This document shows, in pieces, positions 51,294 to 63,100 of a stretch of DNA of 64,000 bases. This stretch comes from Adineta vaga (Eukaryota; Animalia; Rotifera). The notes beneath the pieces are model-generated. The model worked only from the letters and a program-made list of their open reading frames with translations. It was not told the DNA's origin and did not search any database. Within the stretch, counting starts at the first letter, position 1. The number at the start of each line of letters is the position of its first letter. The stretch is taken from the NCBI GenBank assembly GCA_021613535.1, contig CP075492.1:15996001-16060000 (forward strand), written 5' to 3'. The position numbers and the translations under genes were made by a program.

Positions 51294-52174
51294 TGACCAG
51301 TGCGAGAAGAGATTTCACAAGTATGTTCCCAAACTTTCTTTAACATTTCTACATCCAATACTTCCTTATTTGAAACAGTTTCGCCTTTCTCATCGATACA
51401 TCTCCAACCTTTCTCTGTTTCTACTATACCATGTATCATAAACTCTGCACATTCTTCAGGACTGATACCCCAGCCAAGGGTGTTCAAAGCTTTTGCAGGT
51501 AATCGAAGATAAAAAGGTAAACCATTGACTATAGGAGTTCTAACAACACCTGGAAATGCATGTATAAAACTAACATTAGCATTTTCTGGTTGAGCAGCAA
51601 GATATTGAATGACAAGATCAGTAAATGCCATAACATGATTAAAAGCTGCCAAAACCGAATAGTTTTTTTCGAGGGCCATATCATCCCAATGAATTTTCGA
51701 TGCATTACCTCTTTTACAATTCATAACAAAGAGAACTTTACCACCATGTGAAGATGATCGAAGTAATGGAAGAAGTTCTTTGACAAATAAAACTCGACCA
51801 TAATAACTTAGAGCTGCTTTATCATCAATATTTTCTTCAGTTGGTGTACGACCAGTGAATTTTAATACGCCTTGAGATAAAATGAGTACGTCAACTGCAG
51901 TAATTTGCTTAGTAATTCTTCGAATTTCCGACATTAATGAGAGATCGGCGCTTATAAAATTTCCATTCGAACCTAATTGAGATAAGATTTCATCGGCAGC
52001 AGATTGACTACGTCCAATAATTGTTACATGAGCGTTCGGACAATGCTTACGGTATGCAAGAGCGATTCCGCGACCAATACCAGATGTACCCCCACCTATG
52101 ACTACACGTAGAGGTGGTTGTAAAGAAGACAATATTTGTGTGTTCGAAGCAGCAACAACACTCGCAGTAGACAT
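51257..52174 (-). CDS. Atypical short-chain dehydrogenase/reductase (fungal-type), intronless
   Basis: GGTSGIG Rossmann motif; ADLSLMSE; T.E.ID...AL.YY.R; F.HAFPG.V.T; N-terminal V.ASN. Confidence 0.85.
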   Translation of the reverse strand: MSTASVVAASNTQILSSLQPPLRVVIGGGTSGIGRGIALAYRKHCPNAHVTIIGRSQSAADEILSQLGSNGNFISADLSLMSEIRRITKQITAVDVLILSQGVLKFTGRTPTEENIDDKAALSYYGRVLFVKELLPLLRSSSHGGKVLFVMNCKRGNASKIHWDDMALEKNYSVLAAFNHVMAFTDLVIQYLAAQPENANVSFIHAFPGVVRTPIVNGLPFYLRLPAKALNTLGWGISPEECAEFMIHGIVETEKGWRCIDEKGETVSNKEVLDVEMLKKVWEHTCEISSRTGQHSNVSNELDKQ

Positions 52175-52451
52175 GTTATAGAGCGATTCAAAATCTATAA
52201 TGAGTGTAAGAGAATAGAGGACGATAGTATTCTTTTTTTGCATCGTCATACAGAACAGAGAACAGAAAAAAAGCCAGTGACAGCGTGATGGTTATGTAAG
52301 GTAGAAAAAGTCGCACGCATCTATACTTCTTGTACTTCGTCGCACTTTCAGTGTTTTCTCGTACGCTTCTGTTTTTAAATAAAAAATGTTACGTAACAAA
52401 GGGTGTATTATAGTCACTGAGGACATTAGCTACTGAATAGTTAAGAATCGT

Positions 52452-52645
52452 TCAGTAATTAATCGCTTTCGTCCAAAAATTTCCGAAAACTCTCTTTTGT
52501 ACGTTCGTGATGGTAAGACATACGACGAATGTGAGAAGGGATGGAATGTACGAAATAAAGTAGCCAACTAAAAATATCCAAGGATTACGTGCTGACTTCA
52601 TACAACCGGTAACAGACGTGATGACAAGAAGAGGTAACTTAAGAA
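52452..52645 (-). pseudogene. Orphan TM6-TM7 fragment of an LDLa-GPCR family gene
   Basis: LP.L.I....GCMKSARNPWIFLVGYFISYIPSLLTFVV aligns with IPRL...VCTKMDRRPFLNLTAYLLSFLPA..NLFVF in the gene at 16597-21356. Confidence 0.65.
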
Positions 52646-52658
52646 TGATTTCGAGCGA

Positions 52659-52720
52659 GTGTGGGTATGGGATGGGTGAATACAAGTGACTCTCACTCAC
52701 CCACACCCACACCCACACCC
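52659..52720. repeat. Mini-hairpin of inverted telomere-like repeats (clearest member of a dispersed family)
   Basis: GTGTGGGTATGGGATGGGTG, spacer, then CACCCACACCCACACCCACACCC. Confidence 0.7.
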
Positions 52721-53965
52721 AGCTAAAATAATGGTCAGCAGCATCGTAATATAAACAAGCGTGCATTAAATTGAATCCATAGTGTTGATCTGCACCTATC
52801 AAAATCATTGTTAACTAATGGAGAAAAATAATTCAAACTAGCATTGATGTAAAAATAGCAACTAAAGTTATCTTCAACAGATTAGATTTGATAAATCAAT
52901 CAGATTGCAAGAGTATTCACATATTGAGCTACCTATACCCTCCTTCTGATCTCTTTCTTTTTATAGAAGCTATGCTGATAACGAAGGAAAATATAAATAT
53001 AAATTCTCTTTAACAAATACTATGAATAGTTTTATATCTGCCGTCTACGTGCTCAACATGTTATACTATCTATCACGTACAATCGTTTTTAGTTAGCGGG
53101 AAATTATGTGTGAGTATGAACGAGTGAGATCTGAAATAATGCGTTTCTATGTATGATACCGGTTAGAACAGAGAAACATATTAAAATGAGAATGATTGAA
53201 TCTTATAGAATTATGAGATGCGATAAATAATAAAATTCATCGATTGACGTTTGGTGTCTATAGTGAATGTGTTATATATGTCTGCAAACGTTTTCAATTA
53301 TTGATAGTTATGGTGCGCTTGAACAACGAATTCTATGTCATCAATTACTAAGATGGTTTAGTTCTGTCTGTAATATATAATATTATGATAAGAAACAACT
53401 CACAAATCATTAGTGTATAAGATGACACAAAAATAAAACATGGTACCCACCTGTACCCTCAGTTCGATGAAGATTCATTACAGGATTCATATCAAGGTGA
53501 TGATTTTACTCATTTCTCTTTTGTTATTCAAACCTTATTCTAATCTTATCAAAATATGTCAAATTGGGAAATAGGCATCAGATGTAATGATTTACAAGAA
53601 TTTTCATTTATCGAAATCAACATCGAATAGAACGTGATGTAATTCCCAAAAAGTCGTTGCCATATACTTTTCACTAAGCATTATATAAAGAAAGAAAAGA
53701 AAAACATTTTTGTTTGTTATAATAATTGGGAAATCTTTTTTTTCTATTCTTTCTCGTTCGAAAGTAATCGTTGAAATTCTTTGTTCATAAAACTGAAGAA
53801 AGAGAAAAGAAATTTCCATGACAATATTCTATATGGAAACAACGCTTCATATTTTGTTATACTTTATTCCAAAAAGAGTCCTCTGTAAGTACATTAGAAT
53901 TTGTGTTAGAAGTTTCCTTAAGAATGACCTACTTTAATTAGTCTATGTTTATCGAATAATTTTAG

Positions 53966-56513
53966 ATGGGTGGTTGTGCTGCTCGTTCTCGAGTTGAAGT
54001 TCATGATTATACGGATCAAATTTCAATTCATTCAAATAAAATCGATAATCATTTGATTGATAATAAAAATATATTTGAATTATTTGATAAAATATTCGAT
54101 GATATTGAAAATAATGACTTCGAATTAAAACATTTTCGTCAACGATTCGATGAAAATCATATTAAAATCAATGAATTAATTGATATCAATATAATAAATC
54201 ATAAATTCATATTCTTATTAAAACAAACACTTTTTCACATCTTAATCAAATGGAATTCATCAGAAAATGACATTTTAAATGAAAATGAAATCATTATTTT
54301 TCGAAATATTTCTAAATTCTTTTACGAAATAACTCAATGTTTTAATCAACAAACATCACCAAAGATTTATCAATTATTCTTTTCAACAATACCATTTATT
54401 GATATAATGAAACAATGTTTAGATAATATGGCACTAAATGGTAAACATTTAAATGAAGATTCTAATTTACAAAGTTTTACTTATCTTCTAAATACATTTC
54501 GAAGTTTTCCAACAAATTCAAATCATTTAATTGATGAAATCGATTCATTATTCGTATTAATTCTTTCAGTTTCAAATATCCTTCGTTCAAATTATTATTT
54601 TCAAACATTTCTTCAATTCTCATATGAAAGTTCAAAATTAAATTCAATACAAGATTTTCTTTTAGACAAATGTCCTCTATTTATCATTGCTTATAAAGGA
54701 AAATCTTCAATTGAAATTCATGATACATTACTTGAACAAACATTTGATCAATATATTGAAATTTTAGAACATTTTCTTCCTTATATTGATTCGTGGTCGA
54801 CATCGATTATTCGTGTAATTACACATATTATCGATATAATGATCAATGCTTCATCAACAACTCAAATTCATTTATTTGAACAACCGAAATTAATTGATTA
54901 TGCATTGATTATTGTTAAAAATGAATATCTTTGTTCAAATTTAGATTCACCGATTGAAACACCACAAATTTGGTTAATAAATTCCATTTTAACAGGTTTA
55001 CATAATATGATTTATAATTCGAAACTTTTAGCAATATTAAAAAGAAAAACAATGACAAACATATTTCTTGATATAGCAACAAAAGCTTCATATGATCGAA
55101 TTCAAATTCATTCGTATCTTATTCTAGCTGGAATTTTAAGTGAAGAAGAAATACAAAAATTGAATAATTCAAAAGATATAACAAACATTTTCTTCAAATA
55201 TTTAAATAAAGCAATGAAATCACAAGAACATATTTATAAAGGTGTTACTTTATTTGGTATACTTTCGGGATTAAAAAGTTTGTTTAAAATAAAGAAAGTA
55301 AATCAAATCTTTTTTTCTTTTTTTGTTAGCACTTGTACAACATGAAGAAATCAAAGATGCTATTCAAAATGAAGATACAAATTTAGAATTACTTTCAGAG
55401 ATTATTTTTAAGACTAATAATCAAGAATTAGCGCATGCGTTAAGCATTCTATGGACATTATCATTTAACAAAAATGTGGCATTAACAATTCGAAAAAATA
55501 CTATTTTAATTGATAGAATTCGAATTTTAGCGAAAAACAACAAATCAAATGGAAAAGAATCGATAAAAATCCAGAATGTTATTTCAAGTGCAGCTGAAGG
55601 TATTCTATGGGAAATTGAAGATGAAATTACACTTCGCGAACAAAAACAAACAGAAATAAAGAAAGTTATAGAGAATGAATTAAATCATAGTCCATTTATT
55701 AAATCTAACTCAACAAAACAAAAATACGATATTATGATTAGTTATTCACATGATGATAAACAAATTATTCATAAAATAGCTGATTGTTTAGTTAATGATG
55801 GTTTTAATATTTGGATTGATAAGAATAATATTACGGGTTCAACACCCGTTGCAATTGCTGATGGTATTGAAAATAGTGAAATTATTTTAATTGGAATGAC
55901 ATTTAGTTATAAAATAAGTCCTTGGTGTCAAAGAGAAGGTAATTATGCATTTCAAAGACAAACGAAAATCATTCCATTAAAATTACCACCAGCTTATATT
56001 CCGGATGGATGGCTTGGTTTACTTTTAACAAATTTAAATTATATAAATTTTGTTAAATTTAATTTTGATATTGCTTATGAACAATTAAAAAAAGAAATTC
56101 AATTACATAAACAACAACAAACAAATCTTTCACAAATCAATTCATCAAATTTACCAATTATCAATGAAATTCTTTTACATCAAGATGAATATGTCTATCC
56201 ACCACAATCCAATGGTCTTTATGAAAAAATTCCAATTGAAAATTGGACAAATGAAAATGTGAAGGATTTCTTAAATGATAAAAAATTATATCCATTTATT
56301 TTACTTTGTAAAGATATGAATGGTTCATCTCTATATGAATTATATAAATTTTCTAATCAAAATTCATCTTTAGCTTTTGAATCTCTACAAAAACAATTAT
56401 CAAATAAATATAATTATCATGATCTATCTCCAATTGAATATTCAAGATTTATTAGTGAAATTAAATCATTTACTTCATCAACTACACAATCACGTCTTTG
56501 TATTGTTATGTAA
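53966..56513 (+). CDS. ARM-like / TIR / SAM-like protein with N-terminal MGGC and C-terminal CaaX
   Basis: Exons 53966-55277 and 55330-56513. ILWTLSF and AEGILW (ARM); YDIMISYSH, IWID, WCQRE..YA, GWLG (TIR); I..WT...V..FL (SAM-like); ends CIVM. Confidence 0.88.
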
Positions 56514-56640
56514 TTTTTTTTCATTTTAAATAGAATAAAATAATCTTATAGGATCCACAATTGGATAGAAACACATTTTGACAGTTTGTACTTTAGAAAA
56601 AAGTTGACTTATTCACAAAAATTCTTTGAATTATAAGCTG

Positions 56641-57853
56641 TTAATAATAATTATCATCGTCAGAATAAGAGTCACTTTCTTCTGAAGATCCTCGGACATG
56701 AATTTCAAATGGGTTCTCAAGTTGTTGAATTCGATCGTTGAACCATGTTGGTCGTTGATCAACAATACGGACAGGAATTTGATATATGTTAGATGCATGA
56801 CGAAAACACCACAAACGACGATTATTTAACGTCCAAAGGTTTCCACTTCGTGTTTTTATCACGTCAATCGTTGGTATGTCATCAATACTAGTTGATCCAT
56901 CTGCAAGATCTTGTTTCAGCTGCTCAATAGTTTGTCCATTCGAAAATCGAGCTAAATAAAATATGTAAGACGCTTTGTAAAACTCACACTCATAGATATA
57001 TCGAATATTATCAACTCGACTAGCTAATAAATGAAATTTAAATCAACGTACGACTAATGGATGTTTGAGTATACCGTATACGTCGTGGATTTATATATAC
57101 AACATCATCATTATCATCTTCTTCTTCTTCGTTGATATCATCGTCGAAGTCATCATTGACTTGCCACATAGAACTACCATCCTCTTTGAAGATATAGTAA
57201 TTATTTCTATCATACGGATCGAGTACAAAGTATTTTGTATGCTTCAAATGTTTGTTAATGTAGGATGGTATATTTTGTGACCAGCAAGCAGTACCATCGT
57301 CAAACGATACCCACCATGTATTATCACATCCAAATGTAATATTTTCAACCCGTGTTAGAGTTTTTTTACGCCTATTCAATTTATTATGGAAGTCCCTTGG
57401 GATATTATTCCATGATAAACTTAAATCGGCATATTGTAATATGTAGCCATCGTCGTCACTGAACCAGAGCTTTTCACGAAAGAAAATAAAATTCAATCAT
57501 ATAAGCGCAAAGTCAGGCGTATAATTTTCTTACTTTGTATGGTTTATCGTTTGAGTTTTTCAATTCATCTCTTGTATCTCTATCTTTTACATAATAAAAT
57601 ATTTCGCCGTTATCAAGTCTATAAAAAAAGTCGTTTTTGAGAGCTCTATCTGTATGTATATACATATGGATTACCTTAAAAAACATTGTTTGTACGGTCC
57701 AAGTGATACAAATTCAATATTAGATGTTGCCTGATGCATTTTTTTAAATAATGATCTTGGCACGCCTTCACTTGACCATGAACCATTATCAAACAGTATT
57801 ACATAGGACGAGTCGTATAGCGCAATATGAGACGGAATTCGTGACTGAGCCAT
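56641..57853 (-). CDS. Multi-exon protein: beta-rich repeats, acidic linker, C-terminal ParB/Srx-like domain
   Basis: Spliced C-terminus INP..IRYTQ.SIS.RFSNG.TI......L..G......IP.I.V....G.LWTL.NRRLW.F; N-terminal VSLGP / ITFG..NTWW repeats. Confidence 0.65.
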
Positions 57854-58479
57854 TCTACAAGAGAATATTCGAAACTCTATCATATAATATTCTGATTAAT
57901 ATAAAGAGATCATTCAAGAATAACAAGACAGTATGAGATCTAGTAGTGCAGGAAAAATCGTGTTAAAAGTTTAGCAATAATTTTTCGCTAATGTACCGTC
58001 ACAGTTTATTCACTTTGGAAAATAATTCAAAGACAGGTGCTCTCGCTTACTTTGCCATGTATTTTTAGGTTCGTTTAGAGACTGCAACTGGGAAAAAACC
58101 CACTGAGTCATCGATAAGCATCGCTATATCTATTTAAACCAATTACATGATAGATGTCAGTAAATCATAGGTAATCAACGAACAAAAGCACTGAAGCATT
58201 GAATCTAATGGATTTGCCTCAATATTGAGATTTGATCAAATATCTTAGTGGATAAAAAAAAGACTAAAATGACGTAGTTCAAAATATCTCCACATACTGT
58301 TCACGTTCGATAGTCACATCAGTGCAAAATACCCATAATACTCAATAATTCAATCATGTTTTGTCCGTTGATCTCATCTAAAGCAGCGAGATGAATGAAG
58401 GTGAATATTGATATATCTTGAGGGTGTGGGTACTCCTATATTCTGTCATCCCACATCCACACCATTTTATCAATTCAAT

Positions 58480-59255
58480 AAGTATAAGGGCAATGAGATT
58501 CGACTGATCTTGCTATTTGGATATCCAATCTTTTAAAATCTTCTCAAAGCTGAATATTATTTGCATCTATTTTTACTTTTTCTCATCGCTCATCATGTAA
58601 ATTTACTGATATATCATGCAATGAACACTATAGGCTGAGTCGCGATGTTTGCCTTATACTATGGTCGACGTAATTAAAAAATTATGTTGCACATTTCTTC
58701 TACTATTTCCAAAATTATACACCAGTCGACACAACGTTCACGTACGATTTTTACTCATTGAAAACTAGTGACATGCACCATGGTTTAGACAAGTTGGTTT
58801 CAAAGTGGTTGCGCATATCAGATTCTTATTATATATAGCATCAAATCATTCTATTCGTGTTACGCGAGTATTATCGATGATATTGTTTACGATTCCACTG
58901 CATTTATACGTGGAGTAACATTTACATCTACTCATTATTCTCGGAAAAAAGTTAGTGATGATTCGTCAATTATCTTCAAAACCAACTCACAAGAAAGTTT
59001 CGATTGAATTTTTACAGTTAATAGTGCTGATCCTATAGTTCACGTTGCCATCTTAATTCAAAACAATGATTTCAAATGTAAGACAGCAAACGGCATTCAT
59101 TCTTATCCTAATATTTAAATCGGATTCTTAAATGGAGAAACAAATTGTGTGTTCATTATAGTGCAACTGATATCGTAGAGAAATGTGTTTTCTATGAACG
59201 TAACAACAAACTTTATAGCTTTTATCGTTTTCCAAATTTTGGAGAATGTTGTTGA
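58480..59255 (+). mobile_element. Highly degraded transposase-like remnant (possibly CMC/EnSpm-related)
   Basis: Short translatable pieces KGNEIR, LLFGYPIF and FPKLYTSRHNV recall such elements; no ORF or TIR seen. Confidence 0.3.
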
Positions 59256-60282
59256 AAGAACTTTGTCAGAATACACCTCTTGCGTTTTATTTTAATTTTT
59301 TTGATTTTTGCTATTAGACAACATCTTATTGAAGACTAATAAACCTACATTAAATTAATTATACGTGAACTGTCAGATATTTTGGATATGCTACGACAGC
59401 TTAGGCTAGAAAAAAATTCTTTTTTATTATAAAGTCTTCAAGATTTGAATACTATTTCAGTCAATGATTTGTAATTCATTTGCAATTGATGCTTATGCAG
59501 CATTCTATATGTTGCTTGATATAATGACTTAAAGTGCATTTAAATATTAACAGTATTTGTCCTGCAAATCTAACTGTATATGATGCCTATCACAAATGCA
59601 CTGAGCTGCATTCTGATCCAGTGTTGATTTCAGTTCGAAATTACTCCTTTGAATAATGCTTTGTAATTCACTTAGTATCAATGAATTAAGCAATATTTTG
59701 AGAAATTACAATAGTTTCCTTTGAAACGAGGTTTCAGTAGAATATTATATATCGATCGAAAGCAAATATTTCGGAGACAAACATATTCATCGTGTCGTTG
59801 CTAGTGTTATCTTATAATTGAAGAAAAGAGCAGTTTCAAATAATAACGATACGATGAAAATGTGACGTTTTAACGGAATGTAATCACGCACTTTTGGTGG
59901 TCCGGCAGATACGCTAAGCCAGTTATATTAGAAGTATTATATTCTACTTCATTTCTCTGAATCATAACACTAATCGCTTTGTTACTTTCTTCTATTTTTA
60001 ACAAACCAAATTACCGATGCGTAGCCCAGGAATGTTTTGTGAATATTGTGTTCTAGTTGACTAACTGGAGAAAAGCGTATTTCACTCAAAGCAATCAAAA
60101 GATTTGGTTGATTTGTGAAATATAGAAAGGAACGAGCGAACGAACGAAGAAATATTCTTTTCTTCCTTCAGAATAATCTCATGTTCTAGTTGAATGCACA
60201 GCTGTTTTCAACGATACTATAAAGGAAGGCTATTAACTGCCAGTGGACATCTACGATCTTATTCTCACTCAACAGCAACAAA

Positions 60283-61934
60283 ATGCGCTCGTTTTACCTG
60301 GCCATATTCATTGTAGCGTTTACAACCATTGTTGTTGTGCAGTCCTCGAATGGAAGAGGTTCGTCTAGTTTTCAGGCATCACGTCGACATCTTAGTAGTG
60401 ATCAATACAAAAATGTGCTGGAAAAACTGCTCCAACGGAATGCTGCAAATGAAGAAGACGAATACGAAAATCTGATTGAAGAAGGTCGTTATATGTTGGA
60501 TAAGCGTCAAAATACAGGTAAGATTCTTGCACTTCTCTACGAGATATTTCTTTCTCTAAGAAGAACTGAATACGTAATTTCAATGAGTCTTATCGGATGT
60601 ATAGCTTGTTTTGAACTTATTACATTTATGTAATATCTCAAAAATACTGCAGACACACCATTGACCATATAGGCTTTATTATCCTTTCTTAGACTAAGAC
60701 TCACGTAGTATTGATTATTTTGATTTATGTAAAATTAATAATGAAAATATCGATCGTTAACTAAAGGTTGCATTTTGGAAAAGTGCTTTTTTGTTTTATG
60801 CATGTACTTTGTTGATAGTCATTGCAATAGGATATTTTCTTTTATAGCTCTTGTGTGGAGTAAGGTATCAAGTGCTGGTTGGCTGGAATGTCGATGGCTT
60901 TCAAGTCAATCACCAAAAACAGCAGATGAATGTAAGGCAGCATGTATTCAAACACCTAATTGCAACGCAATAAATATGAGACTCAGTTTACGCCGATGTG
61001 ATTTCGAACAATGCAACGAAGGTCCAGCAAAGATCAATGCCGACGCTGACCACGAAGCATATCGAATAACGAGCCTAGGTACGTGTTGTAACCATGTGAG
61101 TGAATGAGTGTAAAACACTGTAAACATAGGGATTACAATATCGTCTAGTTCTAAACAAATATTCTTCAACTTTAACGTTCTAAGCAAAAGCTCCTCATTC
61201 CACTTTCATTTATCCATACCTCAAACTTTTACCTCATGGTTTTGACTAAGAATTTTCAACGGACCAGATTCAAATGTTTAGCAAATCTTCATCAGAATAC
61301 TGTCTTCAGAAATTATTTCAGAGTTATTTGCCTTTTCCTCCAGTCGCTTGTTTACCAACAGTTCGAAAAATAATTTCCTCTATTTATATTTGCTGTTAGC
61401 AAAACTTCGATGAACTTGTGAATTTTAGATACTACTACTACTACTACTACGACAACTACTACTACGATTCCTTCTTGCCCAGTTGGCGGTGTCTATATGC
61501 CTAGGAATCGCCGCGGTCATCAGATTTCTACTCGCAATAATCTTAATTTCGATCGCCGTGCCCTTTTCGCAGCATCCTGTCCGCAAGTTACGCTAAATGG
61601 AAACATACTCGCTGCTCAATGCAAAAAGCATTCAGGTCAAATGGTTGCCTCAACGTTAGACATTGATGATTTTTTGAGCGTTGCCGATGGTCATATACAG
61701 ACTTCCTGCACTAGATATGAATCATTGTGGGCGGATGATTTTATTCCCACTATTCAGAACTCGTGCAACGGTATTGAACTTCGCGGAAGCGTCCTGCATG
61801 CTACCTGCTGGGATTCGCAGCAATGTGCTTATGCGACATCCGTCAATTTAAACGATCATATCAGTAATATTGACGGTCAATTGAGGTTTGACTGTAATGG
61901 AAGACGACGAAGACGTGAAATTAATCAAAATTAA
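60283..61934 (+). CDS. Secreted precursor: signal, acidic propeptide, PAN/apple domain, poly-Thr, cyanovirin-N homolog (CVNH) domain
   Basis: Exons 60283-60517, 60848-61078, 61429-61934 (phase-1 introns). C...C.....CNAIN; F..SC..V.L.G.IL.A.C, S.LD.D, SC..IEL.G..L.A.C, S.NLN.HISNIDG.L.F. TATAAA at ~60218. Confidence 0.88.
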
Positions 61935-63100
61935 ACAGTGTTCGAAAGATACTGATGCTTCTTTTTCACTCGATTAACATGAAGAAGACGAACAGAATAA
62001 CTTTAAAACACTTTCTCTTAATACATTTATTCTTTTCCTTTACATTGTTCGGTGTCTTTTCTTGTGATGGGAGTTTCTTTTGTTTCTTTAACTAATATAG
62101 TATACAGTGTAGTTAGCTTAGTTTCTTAAATCTTTTAATATTCATCAAACAAAAAATAAACGCATAATCAACCCACGCCATTGACTTCGGCTCGATACAA
62201 ATGAAATAGAAAAGAAAATCACTATTTATTACACCTGAACAGATGATACGACATTTTTGTATCTTTCATAACAGAATAGTTTAATATAAATAACTCTGTA
62301 CTTTTTATGGAAACAAACAATCTACGCAGAATGTCTCACAGTCCTGCTGGTAGAAAACTATCTATTCAATTTTAAAGAAAAATATAGTTTTTTTGTTTTT
62401 GCCAAAGAAAATCAATGTTCTGTTTGTTCCGTTTATCATACAATATTTATAATGAATAAGATATTAAATGTAATCTACAACAATAAACTTCTTAGTACTT
62501 CTTAAAAAGATTTCTCATGTGATTTTTTGTTAAATTCAACCCTTTTTCACGATGTGTGAGCTCTGATCAGGATTGCCCACGCTTCTACAGTTTTATGTTT
62601 CTTTTTAAATTATATTTGGTTTATTCTTATTTGAGCTGAATTAAAAATTCGATTGAACTCTTCATTACTTTGCACAAGAGCTTTTGAACATGTTTTTCTC
62701 AAAATCAGAACTATTAAAAGTGTTTCCGGAATTTTTCCAAATTCTAACTATGAGACAGTACACACGTTTGTTTCTGACGTAGTGTAACCTTTTTTGTCAA
62801 GAATTAATCTTCATCCTTTCTTAATATTAAAATAATCTAATCTTCATAGTCTGTTTTAGAACTTTTGTTTATTAAAATTTCATAGATATATGTTATTTTA
62901 GTTTTTCTTCTCTTTTCCTCATATGTAACATTATATTTTATTACGTTATAGAAGACTCATGACGACGGAAGAAAAATAGTCTTCTTTAGAATACTAATTA
63001 AGTAATTCATGGATTCTTCTTTGCTAGAACGACTAGGTTTACATATACCAACATATTGTTTGAATAATCACGCTGAAAAGAAATACCCAACTCCTGAAAA

